A DNA stretch of 63,637 nucleotides, from the NCBI RefSeq assembly GCF_001194135.2, contig NC_068990.1, positions 34,013,735-34,077,371 of the forward strand, in the 5' to 3' direction. Each line of letters begins with the position of its first letter. Position 1 is the stretch's first letter. Shown here in pieces: positions 35,695 to 49,090 of this stretch. The position numbers and the translations under genes were made by a program. This stretch comes from Octopus bimaculoides (lineage: Eukaryota). Below the pieces are notes generated by a model. The model searched no databases and was not told the DNA's origin. It was given only the letters and a program-made list of their open reading frames with translations.

Positions 35695-35922
35695 TTAAAC
35701 CATTAGAATTTAAACCAACCATATCTGGCCCAAATATTCTACCTGTTTTATGTTCAAACTGGCCAGATCTGGACTTTCACACTTACCCTATAATGCGATT
35801 CTAAAAGTATACAATTGCATCATCAAAATTTTGAAACTATGAGATAATGCATGATTAATTCAAATCAATCTAAATAAATGAAGCTTACATTTGACAAAAT
35901 AATCTGAATGCTAAAGGGTTAA
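35695..35922. mobile_element. piggyBac-type MITE (TTAA TSD)
   Basis: TTAA-accattagaatt ... aatgctaaaggg-TTAA. Homologous to 47298-47509. Confidence 0.75.
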
Positions 35923-36314
35923 ACTACTGGATGTCCTCCTCTTCATCATTTTCATTTTATATTGACTTTCCATAATGTCATGGGCTGGAGTTGTTGTCAT
36001 GGTTCAAGTTCTTATTCAAATTTACTGCCTTCCCTAGCATGGGCTTTGTAGCTGAATGCTCTTCTTAACACCAACCACTTTAAAGAATGTACTGGTTGCA
36101 TATGGCAACAATACTAGAGGGACTGTCATACCTTCAACGCTTAAGAGTACTGAGCCCCTCATTTTTATGATGTCTCCACTTGTTCATCAACTACTTTATT
36201 TTCAAAGTGTGCTTTTCCTGAATTTATGCTTAACAATACAAGAATAATACTTTTGTCAGTTATTTACTGTTAAAATGATTACATAGATATCCGTCGAAAT
36301 GTACTGATATTCAT

Positions 36315-36462
36315 ATATGTTCTGAGTTCAAATTCTGCCAAGGTTGACTTTGCCTCTCATCTTTTAGGGATTGATAAAATGGTACCAGTTGAGCACTGGG
36401 GTAGATATAATTGACTTAGCCTCTCTGCTAAAATTGGTGTCCTTGTGCCAAAACTTGAAACT
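36315..36462 (+). mobile_element. SINE family B, 5'-truncated
   Basis: ttctgagttcaaattctgccaaggttgactttgcc...ccttgtgccaaaacttgaaa. Confidence 0.85.
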
Positions 36463-37237
36463 AGTATTGAGGACTTGTGTTACTTAAGTATGATACCCAT
36501 GTATCACCAGATAATGCTGCAGCATGAAATAATTTCTGTTTCATATGGAACTTGGTAAGATTAATTTGATTTAATTCCAACACATCAAGCCTAATACTGC
36601 AAATAATTCCTTGGTTTCTAAACACACACGCACACACACACACACATTTATGCACATACACATATGTATATATACACATAGAAATGCTCACACATGCACA
36701 CACACATACACACACACACACACAAACTTGTTTATATGGGAGTAAGATGAGGTGGGTGTGTGGGTGGGGAAGGAAAACCAATAGATTACGGTACTTGGGG
36801 AGGAAGGATTGTAACTAGCAAGGGCAGAAAGGTGATGACAAGAACTAGAAATGTGAGGCAGATGGAGAGGATATTCATCTGAATATTTGTGTAAGTTACA
36901 GTGAAGACAGCTTGTCTGTAGACTCAGGATGGTAGTGTGTTAGTGAGTCAGTCAGAGAACCTTCTTTTTAGAGTCAAGTTTAGTGTGAATGTAACAGTAA
37001 CAGCACTGTCTCACATTTGTGAATAGTACTTCAATGCAAGTCACACATGAACTTTGTAGAAGGTCAGCTGTGAAATATTTTCTGCCCTAAAGGGAAAAAG
37101 CCTAGCCTTGGAGAAGCTACACACCCACACACACATTACTGAATTTACATTACTGATGCAGGTGAGGTGAAATATTTTAGAGTTTCCAAAGTTCTCTTTA
37201 TGAGTTCTTCATGGAAGTTTAATATTACTAGCAACAA

Positions 37238-37450
37238 TAAGGTGACAAGCTGATAGAATCGTTAGTATGCTGAACAAAGTGCTTAGCAGCATTTCATCTG
37301 ACTTTATATTCTGAGTTCAAATGCTGCCAAGGTTGACTTTGCCTTTCGTCTGTTTGGGGTGTATAAAGTAAGCGCTATTTGAGTACTGGGGGCCAATGTA
37401 ATTGACTTAACTCCTCTCAAATTTGCTGGCCTTGTGCCAAAATTTGAAAC
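37238..37450 (+). mobile_element. SINE family B, full length with an imperfect about 17-bp TSD
   Basis: Flanked by aatattactagcaacaa and aatattactaacaaca. Confidence 0.88.
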
Positions 37451-39714
37451 CAATATTACTAACAACAGTGTAAATCAGTGACACAAAGATTTTTAATTTA
37501 TCTTAAAGATCAAGTAAATATAACTTTGAAAACTCAGCATGAAATTGTTTGTTCTTCAGGTGTATTCTTTAGAAACTGTAAAGTAGCACAAAGATACAAT
37601 CAGAGACGATCTTGCATCGTGTTCTCCTTTTTATCCCACCCAATAACTACATGAAAAATACAATGATCTCAGGATTAACAACTAAAATCATTGCTTTAAC
37701 CATTCAATCACAAACTTGAGATTATACAGATGATAGTTCCTCAGAGTTTATGGGTCATACTTCACATACTTCAAATTTGCTAAATTAACTCTTGTCCTAA
37801 TTAGTGAATAATATACCATAATGTTGCTTCTATAACAGGAAAGAAGCAATTTTAAAATGTTTTGAATATATCATAAATAAAAAGTTACAACTGAAGGGGG
37901 AATGTTTCTGCAATACAAGAAGCAGATGGAAATAAAGAGAGGTAAAAATCTAAGAATGGTGCTTCATTATATAACCAAAATCAAAAAAAAATTTCTCAAG
38001 AAATACCTCTTTGAAATCAATAAGATGCTAATGTTGTTGTTGATGATGATGGTGATGTGATGATGATGATGATGATGATGAAGAATAGTGAGGTATTATT
38101 CTCGTAAAGTAGATTATATCTCAGTATAATTTCTTTTATTGCTACTATTTGTAAAAGAAGAAAAAGCAAACCTGATAAAGTTTGTCTTGTCATCAGATTG
38201 CTTTCAATCTCCAACTGTAACACAATGACAACAGCCAAATAATGATTAACTCAATAACATCAAATGAAATTAACTTGAAATTATTTTTAAATGACTACAA
38301 AGCATGATCTGTATCATAGAAAGTGAAATTATTCCCAAACCAATGTCTTAGGTTGCTGAAGTACAATGAAACTTTTAGACACTTCATAATAGACAGTAGA
38401 GTCAAGAAATACATGAAAAGTGACTGCAACATGTTTTGTGTGTTCAGTCTGAATGGCAAGTTGTGTGCTCTTTCTGTGATGCATATTATTATTGTTGCTA
38501 AATTACTGCCTTTGTTGTTGTTGTTGTAATACCAATGGCCTTCACAAACCCTTTAGAATCAGTGAAAATGATGCCATTTATGTTCCTCTTGAATTGTCAT
38601 AAGTCAACATACATGGTCAATTCAAAAAAACTGATGTTCTAAGAAGGTGGAACCGAATAGAGTGCAAGCCTAGGTATTGGACATTACAAGGGTAATGAGG
38701 AGACGAGTGAGTCAGGAATGCTTAAATGGAGGTCGCATGGGCCTAACCAGATTCAAGGAGCAGAAGCTGTTATAGAAATGATAGAATAGGCAGAAAGAGG
38801 AGATAGTATGCCTGTGGCCCAGAGGCTGGAATGTGTATGTGAGTGACCTTTTTCTGAATGCAGTTGAGGATGTGTATGTATGCAGTACCAGTATTGGCCC
38901 TGCTATGAGAGCAATTCTACAATTAGAGCCTCATACGAGCTTTGCAGAGTGTCAATAATCATTGGGGATGGAGCATTTTCTTTTTTTAAAGAAATGGACC
39001 AGTAATTGATATGCAGTTCTAGCTATGTTAAGGATATACTTTCACCAATCTATGTATGTTTTATGAATTAACTACAAATATATTTTAAGTAATATGATAT
39101 AAGATGACTGTCACTTTGTCCTCTCTCACACTGGAGATTATAATGTTTAATATAACAATTTTGTTGAAAATGATTTTATTAAAATTCTATTAAATAAAAT
39201 AGCCTTAAGCATGGATTCACAATATATTAGTATTTTTATACTGGATATGGCAAGTGTGTTGCTTCAGAAAAAGCAAGGTAGATTAACTGCTTTAACATGT
39301 CTAATTGTAGTTTATATTGTGTCAGGACTGCTCCTCTTAAATTGATTAAATAAGCTCTAGTTATCAACACAATTCAACTTATGATAAATTTCCATTACCA
39401 CAGATGCCTTTCAGTAATGTTGTTCCCATTAAATACTATGGATGGACTTACTAAGGACATCTAAATTTAAGTTGTAGAAGATGACCAAACACATGACTGC
39501 ATTAAATTACCAACTCAGATCTATGAATCAAGAGTTACAATTCTGCCAAACCGATTGGCTGAAACATGATCACATAGGCATTAATGACAGTTAATTTCTC
39601 ATAATGGACTTTTGTCATTTATGGCAAGATAGTTGGACCATAGTTCTAAATGATGGATCTGAGAAAGAAGATTCAAAACTCAAAAGAAGTCTCACTACAG
39701 TATTATCAATGACT

Positions 39715-39855
39715 AAGATATCGGCAAAAGATACCGATAAAATAAGTACTAGGTTTACAAAAGAATAAGTCCTGGGGTCGATTTGCTCGACTAATGGTGG
39801 TGCACCAGCATGGCTGCAGTCAAATGACTGAAACAAGTAAAAGAGTAAAAGAGTA
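39715..39855 (+). mobile_element. SINE family A, 3' half only
   Basis: cggcaaaagataccgataaaataagtactagg...aagagtaaaagagta. Confidence 0.88.
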
Positions 39856-40004
39856 TCTACTAAAATTATGGTATATTATTTCAGGAAATCATAACTCTGG
39901 CTTCGAACTTTTATATTGTTTGTTACCTTTAACACAAAAACAGACTTAGTAAAATAACTTTAAGCACTTGACATGAAATTTCAATCATTGATTTTATTTT
40001 TCTA

Positions 40005-40173
40005 AGTGCATGTGTGGCTATGTGGTAAGAGATTTGCTTACCAACCACATGTTTACAGGTTCAGTCCTACTGCATGCCACCTTGAGCAAATATCTTCTAC
40101 TATAGCTGTAGGCTAACCAAAGCCATATGAGTGAATTTTATATCTGGAAACTGAAAGAAGCCCATCATGTTTT

Positions 40174-40209
<36 letters not shown>

Positions 40210-40445
40210 CGTGTGTGTGTGTGTGCCTTTGCACTGTTGCTGTATTTGTCTCCCTCCAATGCTTGACAACCAGTATTGGGTTGCTTACATCCCTATAACT
40301 TAGTGGCTCAGCAAAAGAGATTGATAGAGTAAGTACCAGATTAAAATTTTTAAAAAAAAGTAAGCACTGGGCTTCATTTGTTAGACTAAACCCTTCAAGA
40401 TGATGCCTCAGCAATGCCACAGTCCAATGACTAAAACAAAAGTTG
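40005..40445 (+). mobile_element. SINE family A, full length, older
   Basis: Head, CORE-like segment, (TG)n and tail present with many substitutions. Confidence 0.85.
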
Positions 40446-43400
40446 AAAGATAAATGATAAAAGATGCAAGTCTGCAGACAACTGAATCCCAAACCTCTAC
40501 AAATCCTCTCAAAAGCTCACTTTGTCATTTGATCCAGTCACATCAACATAAGCATGAGATTGATGGATGTAATTAAAATACAATACCAAGACTTTATTAA
40601 TGGATGTAAAGCCATCATTGTTAACTCTAGCAATTAGTTTCCCTTTGCCATAAAAGCTAATAAGGATGAGTGCTTCCACAACTGTTATTGTCCAAATTAT
40701 GTACAATGAGATCCCAATTGTATTATCCTTCAAATGACAGCAATTGCCTTCTTTAAGTCTTACAATCCAGATAATTTAGTAAATCATTGCCACCCATAAC
40801 AAAAATATTACTCTCTCATATTTCACAATAGAAAATGACACATGAAAACCTTTAAACAGACAGAAAGATAAGCAGTGAGAGAGAAAGTGAGACACTTTCA
40901 TAACACGAACACATATAAGTGTTTTTTCTGTTTGTAGAGGAAATAAATAAACAACTAGTTGATATTGGACCATCTTAAATTAATGCAACTGAATCAGTTG
41001 CATGCACATATGTGTGTAGGTGTGTATGCATTCATTCACCTATGGATGTAAGACTACATATTTGCTTTTGACAAATATTGTTTCAGCTTGGAGTTTTCAT
41101 ATCAAATTTTAAATGTGCTACGATATAATAACAGGAACAGGAAGCAGAAAACATTGGAAATAAAACTGTCTTATTTGAAAAACTAGAAATTATATTACAA
41201 CAGTATAATTATGAATATTCTATTTTATTTACACTGATTTCTGTTTTCCTTTTCTTTCTTTTTTCTTTTTCCTTAGTGAAATAAAAAGGTTCAAAATGAT
41301 TTCCTGTTGCAATAATGCAATTGCTATAATCACTTTATGTGCACCTACTCGTCTTTAGCATCTAAAACTGTTAGCATTTACACAATGAAGCATTTCTTCA
41401 TAACCTGAAGCAGTCTAACAGAATTTATCACATTTTCTAAAAAATGACTGTGTAAACTGAATCAAATTAAATGTAATTGGCTTAAGGCAGGTGTTGTTTG
41501 AAAGATATGTAAAGCCAATAATAGTGAACAACCAACTTATTTCTATACCAACCACGAGTGGAATTTCTTGAAAGACAATTCACAATACATCTAAGAATGT
41601 ATGATACATTCATGAATGTTCTAATGATGAGGTGCTGAGGGGCCAGTCCAGCTGGGGTGGCAGAGGGAACACTTCAAAACAACATGGCTTTGCTAAACAA
41701 AATAATTTTAGCAATAAATATTCAGTAATTATGAATATTATGTGATAGATTTAGCTTGTAAACAGAATCTGTTTTTATTATGAAGACATTTAATTTTTAA
41801 CCAGACGAATCTGAAATAATAAACAAGACAAAACAAGAACTTTTGACAGAAATAAATCAATTAAGACAGTTCAAAAGGTGTGGTTTCTTTCACTGGTAAT
41901 TATTTGGGTTTTCAAAATGAATTTATCGAATAAAATGGAGAAAAAATATCTTTTAAAGTAAAAAGCCTTTAAAATTGCCCACCTGCAAGGATCTTAAAAG
42001 GGATGTTGAATGTCACAGATTCTAAACATTATCATGGATGATTGAAGCCCAATTGAAGTAAATGGTAAGGGAAGAAAGGAAAACATTTATAATATTCTAA
42101 TTCAAAAAAAGTTGCAATAAAAGAAAATTTGATTCTTTCAACAGATCTAGAAGAAAATATAATCATTATGGAAATTCAAAACATGTTAAATTGATTGATT
42201 GATTAAAAATAAATTAAATTCCAACAAGAAAATTATTCCTAATTGAAATAGAATATTAAAATTAGACGTTTACTCTCTAAAATTGTGCATATCATTCATG
42301 AATAAATAATTAAAGGAATGATTGGTAGGATCATTGCAATTATTTTCTATTATTTTCTCATATAATAAAAGGATTATTCACCCCAAAAGATAAATTAAAC
42401 ACAAACAGATGAATTTATTACAAGAAGCTGGAGAAACATGAAAATATCCTTCTTTATGATAGAAAGTAGAAAGGGAAAAAATCTTTGTTAATTGGAAGTA
42501 ATTCATGTATTTTTGTAGTGAGCTTTAATGAAAGAGAACACAAAAGGGATAGTGAGATTAATAAAGAAAACAATTATCTGCTTTTTTTGTTTGTTTTTTT
42601 TTTTGTCTATTTAGTTTTTTTGTATACAGGGTGAATTTTGAAACAAGGTAACTAAATTCAAATTCCATTCATTGTTTAGATTATTTAGTTACCTAACAAG
42701 GTAATTAAAGACTCTGAAACTGCAAAGCTGAGTCTTCAAGAAAGCAACATAGTTGGGTCCTGCTATGACTGTTTGGTTTGGTAGTTCTTCATATAAGAAA
42801 TATATAATAAAATTACTTGGTGGAAAGTAAAAATCTCATTGTGATAGTATTTTATTTTCAAAAAGTCCATTTGTCTACATGCCTTGCACATTAAAACTGA
42901 CTCACATATTTACATGGAAGTAGCAACAGGAAAACATTTTCTCTTTAAATGATATATTTTTAAAATAAGTTTATACTCGTAAAGAATAAATTTCTATACA
43001 AGGAATGGGGAAAAAAAGGCAAGCACCTTAGTTTAGTAATAAATTATTTAATTTCCTGCTTTACAACTCAAGAAGGAAATAGAAATAAATTCTTTAATAT
43101 TTAAAATAAAAGTGACAATATAATGAAATAAAAGGTTAAAATAATTCTTTATTTATAGAGTTCAATAAAAATGTTGAGATATTCTGGATAGAGAAATTCC
43201 AAGTACCAAGCAACTTAAGTTGGAGTATTTTGAATAGAGAAATGTCTGATACCAGAGAGTAACAGAAAGTTCCAAATAAAGTGATATTAGACATTATAAA
43301 ATTCAAAACCAGAACTGTATTGAAACGTGTGTACCAAAAGAGAGGAAATATAAATGTGAAGAATAATTTATTTAACAAAAAACAAAATCATGTATTTGTA

Positions 43401-44109
43401 AATCAGTAAAATTATATAAAAATTACATAAAAATGTTTCTAATAGCTCTAAGAACTTAATAACTCTTAATAGCTCTGAGACATAACACTTTCTAACAGCT
43501 CTAAGACTTAACACTGAATATTTAACATTTGTAAAATGGCTTAGTGAATAATCTAGAGATATTATGCAGTACATTTCACTACATATGACAGAGGACTGTG
43601 TATATGCATGAATATATCTAGACATGCAGTGGATATTATTTTAGATTTCAAGCCAAGTTAATGAGTGCGTAAGAATTAGACTATTGCGACTTTCACTCTA
43701 CTTAGACTCTTTACATGAATGGGAAAATAGTTAAAAATTCCAAACATATTTTTTCTCAAAAGAATGTAATGCAAAATTATATTACAAAAGCAAAATGGTT
43801 TTGAAGTGCGACCATTCCAGTAATTTTAAATAATGGCTGCAGAGACATGTATCTTCTTGAAGTTATACCTTTATGTTCTTACAGCATAATTCATGAATAT
43901 CCTTAACTTGAAATAAGAATTATTGCATCATTAGAAATAAATTCCTAAGAGTACAGAAAATAGATTTCGATCTTAGATTTAAGGTTTGTAATGTTGATAT
44001 CAAAAATGGATAAAATAGTGAGATGTTAGAGGGACATTAAAATCTTGGACTGAGAAGTTGATTGGCACCTGTTTAGTATTTTACTGTTCTGAATTCAAAA
44101 TCTTACCAG

Positions 44110-44270
44110 TATTAACAATATAAGAAGTTCGTTTCTCAACCATGTAGTTTTGTGTTGTCTCCCTACGCAGCGCTTTGGGCAAATGTTTTCTATTATGGCA
44201 CCAGACTGACCAAAGCCTTGTGAGTAAATTTGGCAGATGGAAACCTACCGTGTGTGTGTGTGTGTGTGTG
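44110..44270 (-). mobile_element. SINE family A, 5' half
   Basis: gaccaaagccttgtgagtaaatttggcagatggaaac adjacent to a TG tract, with decayed SINE head and B-box remnants nearby; boundaries and orientation approximate. Confidence 0.55.
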
Positions 44271-45299
44271 TAGGTACGCATCAATATGTATATGCATGAA
44301 CTTGTCAATAAATATCATCATCATACAAATGGTGCCATTCCTTTGCAAGCCTCTGTAGAAACATGTCCAGTCCTTGTGCTGTGTTCGAAGAACTAGGGCA
44401 AATATCACTTTACTTGGAACCAGGGGAGAATTAGTGACACAAAGGGTACCCAGCCATAAAAAATTTGCCACAGTAAATCTCATCTAATCCATGCAAATAT
44501 GGAAAAGCGAATGCTGAAACAATGGTGGTGATAATGATGATGAAATTCTAAGAATCATGCTCAGACCAAATCAATCAAATCCACAACAAATTGATCAGGT
44601 CTTCAATCAATATAAACTGTAATTACAAGCAAAAAGATTCTACAGTTGTTGTTATTGGTTAACCCCACATTAACTCTGATCAAGTAGAACAATGATAAAA
44701 CACATTCTAACCATGACCATTCCATACATTCAAAAGCTTCTAGGATTAGATTACCAAATGCACTCTTCCTTTGTTATGATAGTATGTAATTATAAGGGAA
44801 TTTGGCCACTATTTCTAGCAGGTTGATTGTAGGTTATTCAGTATTTTGTGTTAGCAATAAGAATCTATAATTATCTGTGAATGATAATTCTGGTCTCACT
44901 TGGTTCAAAAATTAAAATTAGGATAGTGATGTTATTCTTTAATGGTCGGTTAAATTTTAGAATTGTTTCTGCATGTTTCTCTATGATTTAGTCATTGACT
45001 GAAATGTCTGGAGTTATATGTTTAATTGTTATATTTCTTTTCTCTCCAAATAAAACCCCCACCCTAGATATTTGTTCTTCACTCATTTATTATTGTTCTT
45101 ATGTCCATTGTCTGGAAATCTTTCGTCACACATCTGTGACTTCTTCAGTGACTCTTCCATGTTTAGTTTTAATCTTTAACTAAAAAGAATACAAGAGAAC
45201 AAGGTGCCCCAGGAACACTACTGAGCTGTATTTTCTGTGTGTATTATCATAACCAGTGGTGTGCTAAAGGTTATACTTCATGGTTGAATGAAAGAATAA

Positions 45300-45550
45300 T
45301 TAGAGTGGGTGATACATGAAGCCTTTACAGAGTGGATGTCACATGTAGCCATTACAGAATAAATGGTACACAAAATCATTAGAGGGGATGGCGCATGAAG
45401 CCATTACAGAGGAGGATGTACATTAAATGTAGCTACATTACATGTAGCTATTAGTCAGATGGCACATGAAGCCTCTACAGAGTGGGTGGCACATGTAGTT
45501 ATTACAGAGTGGGTGGCACATGTAGCTATTACAGAATGGATGGCACATAT
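45300..45550. repeat. 27-bp minisatellite (TACAGAGTGGGTGGCACATGTAGCTAT-like), about 8 units
   Basis: Direct reading. Satellite copy at 47180-47262. Confidence 0.88.
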
Positions 45551-45889
45551 AATTTACAAATGGAATATTATAGTGAAAGGTTTGTCTAAGATACCCTAAT
45601 GTTAAATTAAATCAATTTGACATAGGTTCAACACTTGTTTGAGGATTAAGTCATTTCAGGACAAGGAAATAAATTAAACCAAGTGACAGACTAAATCTAC
45701 CACCCAAGGCCAGGAATAATTCTATGATAGGTTTCCCAAACAGTCTCTCTCTCTCTCTTTCTCTCTCTCAGCTGGATAATCATGTACTTTCTCTATAGCA
45801 AGACACCTGTTTCTGCCTCTCTGTCATGCTCTAATCTTTCATCATCTGACACACGATCACCTCCTCTAATGTCTCCTCCCTTCTCAAAA

Positions 45890-46065
45890 TTCCTTGTCTT
45901 GCAAGTTACTTGGTGACGCTTCCGGTGCTGGTGCCACACAAAAAGCATTCAGTCCAAACTATAAAGTGGTTGGCATTTGGAAGGGCATCCATCTGTAAAA
46001 ATCATGCCCAAAACTGACCTTGCTTGCACTTGTGCCACAAAAAGAACACTTAGCCCACTCCTTGA

Positions 46066-46110
<45 letters not shown>

Positions 46111-46152
46111 NNNNNNNNNNNNNNNNNNNNNNNNNNNNNNNNNNNNNNNNNN

Positions 46153-46191
<39 letters not shown>

Positions 46192-46230
46192 GAGGAGGAG
46201 GAGGAGGAGGAGGAGGAGGAGGAGGAGGGG
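45890..46230 (+). mobile_element. RTE 3' tail followed by a (GAC)n(GGC)n..(GAC)n(GAG)n tract
   Basis: aagtggttggcatttggaagggcatcc motif, then CpG-rich trinucleotides split by an N gap. Confidence 0.7.
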
Positions 46231-47297
46231 GGATCTACTCAGTTTCACTCCCAAGACTTTGATTGATCACAAATTATGATAGATGTCACTTATACTCCAT
46301 GCTGCACAATCTTGGATATTTGTACCCCCTGAGTGGTCATAAAAGACTAATGGAAAGGGCAGTGGTTTAAGCTGTATTATTTTCCAGTAATGTAGATGTC
46401 TTTGTGTGTTAGATTTCTTGAGATGCGTAATGTCAGTGTGTTGAAGTTGCTGCATCAGAGTACGTTCTCATGTCAGCAATGAAAGATATTTACAAAGTAT
46501 CTGCTCACGGGAGATGTGTGAGAGTGTATGTGGATGTAGGCAGTGTGGTAGCAGAAAGAGAAGAACATGAAAAGTATGGTGTCACCTGCATAGCATTGTA
46601 TGTGACAGTATGTGGGTCATATTAATGTGAAGAAGATAACATGGCGTATAATGAAGGCCTCAGGTGTAATGAAGTGAAATAATACTAAAACCTTGACATT
46701 AGAGAATAAAGGATCTAAATGCAATTTATATGCAGTGTTCCCCATTATCAAAGAGAGTCACACTTTGAGTTAATTGGTTTACAGATCCAATAAACAAAAT
46801 TTGAAGAATCAGGCATACACACAATACTTAATATCATTACCAGCTTCATTACAAGTTTAACATTGGTTTTATTTTATGTTTTAAATGCTAGGGAGGGGTT
46901 GGCTATAGATGTTATTTAGCAAGATTATTTTAAAAGATGCTCTTAAAAGAGCCCATTACAGGTTACTATCAAATTAGGACACATGCACTGATAAAAAGGT
47001 AATTTAATATACTCTACTGACAAGTCATAAATGGATTAATACCTTAGAACTGTTTCTTGTTTAGAAGTGAATCTCTATCAATGTTCCAATTTCTTTAGAT
47101 GAAAAGAACCGTTCACTTTATTATGTCACATGCAAAATTGCTAGTGAAGAAACAAAGATCAAGACATCTCATTTGGCTAAACGAGTGGGTATAACATGTA
47201 GCCATATCAAAATGGATGGCACAGCCATTACAGAGTAGATGGCACATGTAGCAATTACATGAATGCCTATATTTTTACTACATGATTTGTTCTTTTA

Positions 47298-47509
47298 TTA
47301 ACCCCTCAGCATTTGGTAGAATATTATACCTGTTTTATTTTCACACTAGCTAGATCCAGCATTTCACACCTACCCTACAATATGATTCTAATAATAAGCT
47401 GTCAATCGTTGACATCTTGATGCTATGAGATAATGCAGGATTAATTCAAATAATGTGAATAAAAAAAAGCTTTACATTTGGCGGAGTAATTTGAATGCTA
47501 AAGGGTTAA
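47298..47509. mobile_element. piggyBac-type MITE (TTAA TSD, CCC...GGG ends)
   Basis: TTAA-CCCCTCAGCATT ... AATGCTAAAGGG-TTAA. Confidence 0.8.
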
Positions 47510-48289
47510 ATTATTATGCCAGACAGTATGTTGTCACTTCGGAACTCCACGCCAACAATATGCCAAATGCACAGCTTTAAAAGTTCTATAAGAAATAAAC
47601 TGATCTTACTCATTATATACTTTAGTTAAAGATGGCCTCCTTGCAGTAAAAATCATCTTCAAAGTACCAAAGTATAAACAGCTTAAACTAGAATTAAGTA
47701 CTGTAGCATTAAACCATTTTCCATATCAATGAGAACAACACTTGAAAGCCAGAAGCATCAACAGCAGATATAAAGTTGTATCAAAATCATTGCCACAGAA
47801 TATAAGGAAGAATCAATCCAGTAATTATTAAAGAGGTTTAAATTAATTATAAGGGCTTGAGAAAATACTTCTTTTCTGCTTTTTTTGTCAAGTGACTAAT
47901 TAAAGTTGAATGTAATAATTCTGGATTAAAATGGTCTTTTCCTAAAAGAGATCACTAGAAGCTGATATTCCAATGAAGGCCAATTAATCTGTGGAACAGA
48001 AACAATTTTAATTAATGACTTGGTTTCTAAGTGGAAAAAGAAATCATTGATTTTTGCAATGATTTGAAAAACAAAAAACAAAAAACAAAAAAAAAACACT
48101 TGAAAGTAGCAAGTTGAGGCAACAAGATGAAACAAAATTTGCCTTTTGTTGTTGTTAAATCAGAATGGAAAAGTACGAGGATAGGAGTTGAGAAAAAAAG
48201 AGATGAAAAAGCTGAAATAAAAGGACAAATTTGGGGCACAGAAATGTCATTTGGCACAAATTTTCTTTCAGGTTCTGTGCATAAAGTTC

Positions 48290-48800
48290 CACTGTAGCAG
48301 TATAATAATCTATAGCAGTGTAATAATGTGTGCAGTAGGATAATGATGTTTATGTAGCTGTTTAGCAATGCGTAGCAGTGCATTGATATTGCATGTTGCA
48401 GAACATTAATGTATGTATGCAGCTGTATGATAAAGTTGTATAATCATCATCATCATCAGCATCATCATTTAACATCTGCTATCCATGCTGGCATGAGTTG
48501 GACGGTTTGACCAGGGCTGGCAAGCTGAAAGGCAGCACTAGACTCCAGTCTGATTTGACATGGTTTCTACAGCTGCATGCCCTTCCTAATGCCAACCACT
48601 TTGAGGATGTAATGGGTGCTTTTATGTGCCACCAACACAGGTGCCATTTGCGTGACACCGGATATCTTCTACAACTGTGATATTACTTGGCTTGATGGGT
48701 CTTCATATGTATGTAGCTGTATAATAATGTCATTTGTAGCAACATAATAATGTTGAATGTAGCAGTATGATAATGCTGTAAGCAACTGCTGTATAATGAT
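48290..48800. repeat. Degenerate about 20-bp tandem (tgtagcagtataataatg-like) interrupted by an RTE tail (48445-48700, minus)
   Basis: The same motif occurs on both sides of the (CAT)n-tailed insert. Confidence 0.7.
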
Positions 48801-48889
48801 AAGGAATTTTGTTTCTGCAAAAGTATTCTGGAAAACAGGCACCATGGTGATAATAATATGGAAAAAACAATTTTGATGATTATGTGTTG

Positions 48890-49090
48890 CACTAACTCAT
48901 TGGGCTAACTGTGTATTGGGCTATGTGAAACTAACTTACTGGACCAACTACATCTTGGCTAACTTGTTGAGCTAAGTAACTGAGTTAATTTACTGGGTCA
49001 ACTTGCTTGGCTAACTATATTCTGAGTTAATTTACTGGGCTATGGATTGTGTTAACTATATTCAGAGCTCTCTTATTGTGTTGGGCTGTG
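48890..49090. repeat. Degenerate short tandem (ttgggctaact-like)
   Basis: Recurrent gctaact and ctgagttaatttactggg motifs. Confidence 0.6.

Noticed and set aside
38352-38420. SH2-like RHFIID peptide
   Set aside because: Six-residue resemblance only, with weak splice sites and no other SH2 motifs nearby.
45300-45550. CRISPR-like array (also 20983-21085)
   Set aside because: Contiguous degenerate tandem units with no unique spacers, no cas genes, and a eukaryotic context.
47626-47731. HSP20-like KDGLLAV peptide
   Set aside because: Short motif followed by a stop; no upstream alpha-crystallin domain.
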